DNA from: an uncultured Spirochaetota bacterium
Lineage (GTDB): Bacteria > Spirochaetota > Spirochaetia > SZUA-6 > Fen-1364
Assembly (NCBI GenBank): GCA_963781885.1
Contig: CAWAHW010000005.1
Span: 192,001 to 256,000 of the forward strand
Direction of reading: 5' to 3'
DNA length: 64,000 bases
Below are positions 59,753 to 64,000 of this stretch, in pieces; position 1 is the first letter of the stretch; the number at the start of each line of letters is the position of its first letter. A model generated the notes under the pieces. The model made no database searches. It had not been told where the DNA came from and saw nothing but the letters and a program-made list of their open reading frames with translations. A program made the translations under genes and the position numbers.

Positions 59753-62698
59753 ACGTCGGCGGGAGGGCGGGGGTGAGGCGTCTCCTTGCTCTCGCGTTCC
59801 TCCTGCTCGTGACCCCCTGCTTCGCCGGCCCGGTTGATGACCTGCTCACCGTCGGCAAAAAGGCTTTTGCCGATGCCCAGTACACGCTCGCCATCTCGAG
59901 CTTCCAGAAGATACTGGACGAATATCCGGACTCCGCATCCGCGGAGGAGGCCGCATACCTGCTGGGCATCTCCCAGTTCTATGCCGGACGATGGGCGGAG
60001 TCGCTGGATGCCTTCTCAGGCTTCCGCACGCGCTTTCCCTCGTCGAGCCTGATACCGCGCACCTCCTACTGGATGGGCGCCGCCCTCGTGAACCTCGGCA
60101 GGTTCAAGGATGCGCTTGATTCGCTTGGCCCGGTCTCAAACGACGCGGGAGGCGGGAATCCCTATCGGCTCAATGCAAAGCTGATTTCCGGCGTCGCCCT
60201 CGAAGGCCTCGGCCGCGACGCGGACGCCGCGGCAGCCTACGGCGCGGTGCTCGCCGATCCGGCGGCCGGCTCCCTTGCAGCGGAGGCGACCTATCGGCTC
60301 GCGGGCACCGAGCTCCGGGCGGGCAGGTATGCATCCGCGCGCGATCTCTACGGCAGGGTGCTCATCGACGATGCACGAAGTCCCTTTGTCCAGGATGCCC
60401 TGTTTTTCCTGGCGGAGTGCGAGCTTTCACTCGGCAACCTTGCAGAAGCGCAGAAACGCTATGAGACGCTCCTTTCCCTCTATCCCGATTCCACCCACCG
60501 GGAGACCGCAGCGTACCGCCTGGCCGAGATTGCCTGGCGCCAGAAGAAAGGGCCGGCCTCGATCGACCAGCTGGATTCGCTGGAGCGGCAGTATCCCGGC
60601 GGCGCATTCACGGGGAGCACTCTTCGGCTTCGCGCGGACATCGCCATGGATCAGAGGAGGTACGATGATGCCGCTGCCGGATACGAGGCGGCAGCGGCGG
60701 CCCTGCCGGATGGCAGGGAAAAGCAGGAGGCCCTCTATTCGCTGGGCATCGCGGAAGCCGATCTCCAGCACACCGATGCAGCCGCGTCGGCATTCGCGCG
60801 CGCCGGCTTCGGCGGCTCCGCTGAAGTCGCGCAGGCGGCGGGATACCAGGCCTCGCTCCTGCTGGCGCGCGCGGGTGAGACCGCACAGGCCATTCCGCCT
60901 CTTGACGCCTGGCTGCGCGCGTTTCCCGACAGCCCGGACGCGGAACAGGCTCTCGGGCTGTCGGCGGAGCTGAAGAAAAACCAAGGTGACCTGCCAGGGG
61001 CCATTTCGCGGTGGGGTGAGCTCATCAAAGATTTCCCGCAGTCGGCATCGCTTTCCGAATACCTTTTCCGCAGGGCCGCCGCGTTGCGCGCGGCCGGCAA
61101 CCCCTTCGCGGCCCTGGACGACTACCAGCGCATTGTTTCCGACTTTGCTTCCTCCCCATGGCGGGATGAAAGTGCTTTTGCAATCGGGTCTATCTACGCC
61201 GAAAGGGGGGAGTATCCGCGCGCCCTCCCTTTTTTTCAGTCCGCGGCCCAGTCATCCAAAGAGGGTGATCTGGGCGAGCGCAGCCGCCTCTCCGTTGCGC
61301 TCTGCCAGTTCAACATGGGAAGCTTCTCCGCGGCCCTTGCAAGCTTCCAGTCGTTGCGCGCAGCCATGCCCGCGAGCATTCCCGAGGGAACGATCGTCCT
61401 TTACATGGGTCGGGCCTTGTATCGCATGGAAAGGCTCGACGATGCAGCAGTCCGGCTCCGGGAGGCGGCCGATCTCCTGTCCGGCAGCGCCGATCCCCTT
61501 GGCGCCGATGCCCGCTACTGGCTGGGATGGTCGTACCTGAGGCTCGGCCGGCTGGCGGAATCCCGCGATGCATTTCTCGACCTTGCCCGGACGTATCCGC
61601 AGGATGCCCGCGGCCCCGAGGCGCTCTTTCGCGCGGCTGTCGCCGAGACGATGCGTTCCAACGACGCGGCGGCAATCGGGCTCTTCGACCAGGTGCTCAT
61701 GCTTCCCCATGACGCGGTGAGCGACGACGTGCGTGAGCAAACGCTCTATGAACGGGCATGGGCTTTGAGCCGGACGGGCACGGCGGCGGAGAGCTCCCCC
61801 GCATTTCGAAGATCTGGCGCGGCAGTATCCGACGGGCAGGCTCGCGCCGCAGGCCTTCTTTACGCTCGCGGAAAAAGCCTTCGATGCCGGGCGCTATCCG
61901 GAGGCCCGTGATGGGTTTTTTCGTGTTGCCCACGATTTCCCGCGCAGCCCGCTTGCGCTGCAGGCAGGCTACTGGGGCGCCGAATCCATGCGCCGCGACG
62001 GGGACGCGGCAGGCGCCGTCAAGGCTTTCTGGGCGTGTCTTTCCGCCGGTGCGAGGTCGAGCGTTCTGACGGCCGGTCTCGACGGGTTTTCCGCGGCGCT
62101 TCACGCTGCCGGCGACGTTGACCTGGCCCGCACCTATGCCAGACTTGCGTCCGGCGCCGGCGCTCTTTCTCCCGATGCCGCGGCAGGCGTGCGTCTTGCC
62201 GCCGCGGACATTCTTGTCGCCTCCCAGCCCGACGAGGCGCTCGCCATCATCACGGATGTGCGGCGGGATGCCCCGGCCGAGCCTTTTGCCGGCCAGGCAA
62301 GCCTGCTCCTTGCGAAGTGCTACGCGGCGGAGAAAGACTGGGACCATGCGCTGGATATCCTCGGCGTGCTGGAAAGCTCGCGCGCCGACGAGATTGGCGC
62401 TCAGGCCGCCCTCCAGCGCGGCGACACGCTGGAAGCCATGGGACGCACCGCCGATGCAATCGATGAGCTTGTCAAGGTGGGATACCTTTTTCCCGATTTT
62501 GCCGATCTTGCCGCCGAGGGGCTTTTCAACGCGGTGAGACTGGCGCACGCCCGGGGGGACGAGCAGAGGGCCGCGCGCCTTGCCCAGAATCTCCTTGCAT
62601 CGTATCCGACCACCAAGTGGGGCTTGCTGCTCAAGGCCCAGGAGAGGAAGGGGCCGGCGCCCGCACCGCGCGCGGACGCCTTGCGAAAGCAGGACTAG
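59749..62698 (+). CDS. Large secreted TPR protein, ~980 aa (apparent +1 indel at ~61800)
   Basis: Signal peptide; repeated BamD/YbgF-like YPDS TPR units; ORF 61988-62698 continues in the +1 frame. Confidence 0.8.
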
Positions 62699-63396
62699 GA
62701 GCCGCGGGCCCTTTCGATGTCCCTGCTCAGCACGCGAGCGACTTTTCGCGCCGTTTCCCGCGCAAGCTGGGAAAAGCCAGCGGCAAGCTCGTCCGGCGTC
62801 AGGTCTGAAAACACCGTGGCGCTCACCATGTTGCCGACGATCTGGCCGAGGCCGAACATGGCGGGGCTGGCAGCCTGCTCGACCGTGATGTCGCGGCTCC
62901 AGATGATATCCCGGCTCATGCTGTCGTGCAGCTCCGCGACGAGCCTGATGCGAAGCGACACGGCCGTCCCTGCGGTGCGCGCCTCCATGCCCCAGTCGGT
63001 GATGTCGAGCGAAAGGACATAGTTGGCGTCCCGCAGCGATCCGGCCGACTCGGCGCCGAGCGCGGTGGCGCAGGCGGTGAATGTCTCGTCGCGGATCATG
63101 CCCGGCACGTCGATGGAGGCAAGGCCTTCCCGCATGGCGTTTTCCGCCTGCTGTGCCTGGTTGGCCTTCGCGAGGTTGGTCATGACGCTGAGCGCGCTGA
63201 ACACGAGATTGTGCCCGTCCAGCGTAACGTCGTACTGGACGTCCAGGCGCGGAGCCGGTGGCATGGGCATGTCGACGGCGAGCTGCGCGCCCCGGAAATC
63301 GTACGCATCCAGCCTGTTCATCGAAGCGCACGAGGCGAGCAGCACGGATGCGGCAATACCCGCCGCAACAACTGTCATCTTCAGCACCGTTTTCAT
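62695..63396 (-). CDS. Hypothetical lipoprotein
   Basis: Lipobox LASC; RBS AGGAG. Confidence 0.8.
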   Translation of the reverse strand: MKTVLKMTVVAAGIAASVLLASCASMNRLDAYDFRGAQLAVDMPMPPAPRLDVQYDVTLDGHNLVFSALSVMTNLAKANQAQQAENAMREGLASIDVPGMIRDETFTACATALGAESAGSLRDANYVLSLDITDWGMEARTAGTAVSLRIRLVAELHDSMSRDIIWSRDITVEQAASPAMFGLGQIVGNMVSATVFSDLTPDELAAGFSQLARETARKVARVLSRDIERARGS

Positions 63397-63487
63397 TTGA
63401 GCTCCTTGTCAATGCAACACCGGGAAGGCTTTCGCGGGGCACCCGGCTTATTCTACCAGGAGCGAGCGAGGGACGTCACTCCCGGAC

Positions 63488-64000
63488 TTAGCCGCCCTGA
63501 ACGAGCGCGGCGCTGCGTCGGCGCAGGCTCTCTGCGGCGGCGTCGGCGGCGCGGCGGACCGCCGTGCCTGACAGCCTGACGGGAAATGCCTGAACCGCAA
63601 CGACGCGTCCCGCCAGGACGCCGACCTTCAGGATGATGGAATCCTCTCCGCCGGCAGTGCCGTCCATGCCGGGGAATATGAAATTGCCCAGCGAGTAGGC
63701 AATCAGAGCCCCCCCGCGCGCCTCCAGGCCCTGGATGACATGCGGATGTGAGCCGATCACGAGATCGGCGCCCGCGTTCACCAGCGCGCGGTAGGAGCTC
63801 TCCTGCTGCGGCGTCGGGCGCGTGTTCCACTCCTCGCCGCCGTGCACGAAAGCTATGTTGAAGGACTGCGGCGAAAAGGCGCGCGCGGCGGCAGCGAGGC
63901 CGGCATCGTCCAGCCAGAGCATGCCGGCGGCATCCCCGGCGGCGCGCGCATCCCGCCTGCCGTCGAACCCCTTTGGGTCCGCCGGAAATGCGCCGAATGA
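63488..64000 (-). CDS. CapA/PGA_cap family metallophosphatase (5' partial)
   Basis: VHGGEEW, GADLVIGSHPHVIQ, YSLGNFIF; frame open to the window edge. Confidence 0.88.
   Translation of the reverse strand, partial: SFGAFPADPKGFDGRRDARAAGDAAGMLWLDDAGLAAAARAFSPQSFNIAFVHGGEEWNTRPTPQQESSYRALVNAGADLVIGSHPHVIQGLEARGGALIAYSLGNFIFPGMDGTAGGEDSIILKVGVLAGRVVAVQAFPVRLSGTAVRRAADAAAESLRRRSAALVQGG

Noticed and set aside
4229-62698. Mass pseudogenisation (about ten frameshifted genes)
   Set aside because: Breaks are small indels in homopolymers or one recurrent motif, affect conserved genes (aroA, pcnB, rnfD) and show no other decay; sequencing error is more likely
63400-63455. Riboswitch in the lipoprotein leader
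   Set aside because: Only a short CCGGG/CCCGG stem with no recognisable aptamer consensus

Overview
High-GC bacterial chromosomal segment, most likely from a free-living spirochaete (Spirochaetia). This is inferred from gene content and order: cas2-like/prfB/cheY/PEGA/ftsY/lolCDE/mcsAB/clpC, DUF212-rnfCDEA-GH57 and a pcnB with a spirochaete-type N-terminus. It holds about 55 densely packed housekeeping and envelope genes, with no transposase, phage, rRNA, tRNA or true CRISPR array. About ten genes carry apparent small indel frameshifts that look like long-read errors; four share the context GACNNNGT(T)CT. prfB has the genuine programmed +1 frameshift. The most interesting signals are non-coding. 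(1) A ~100-nt minus-strand sRNA candidate at 15911-16008 has a sigma28-like promoter, a long hairpin presenting an anti-Shine-Dalgarno loop, and a strong terminator. (2) Three 53-bp repeats at 46678-46890 are built from ANGGAN-loop hairpins (CsrA/RsmA-type sites) plus GTAG-hairpins and sit directly upstream of an orphan cas2-like gene. Also notable are a reduced, degenerate Rnf-like complex, a probable McsB pseudokinase and frequent leaderless promoters.
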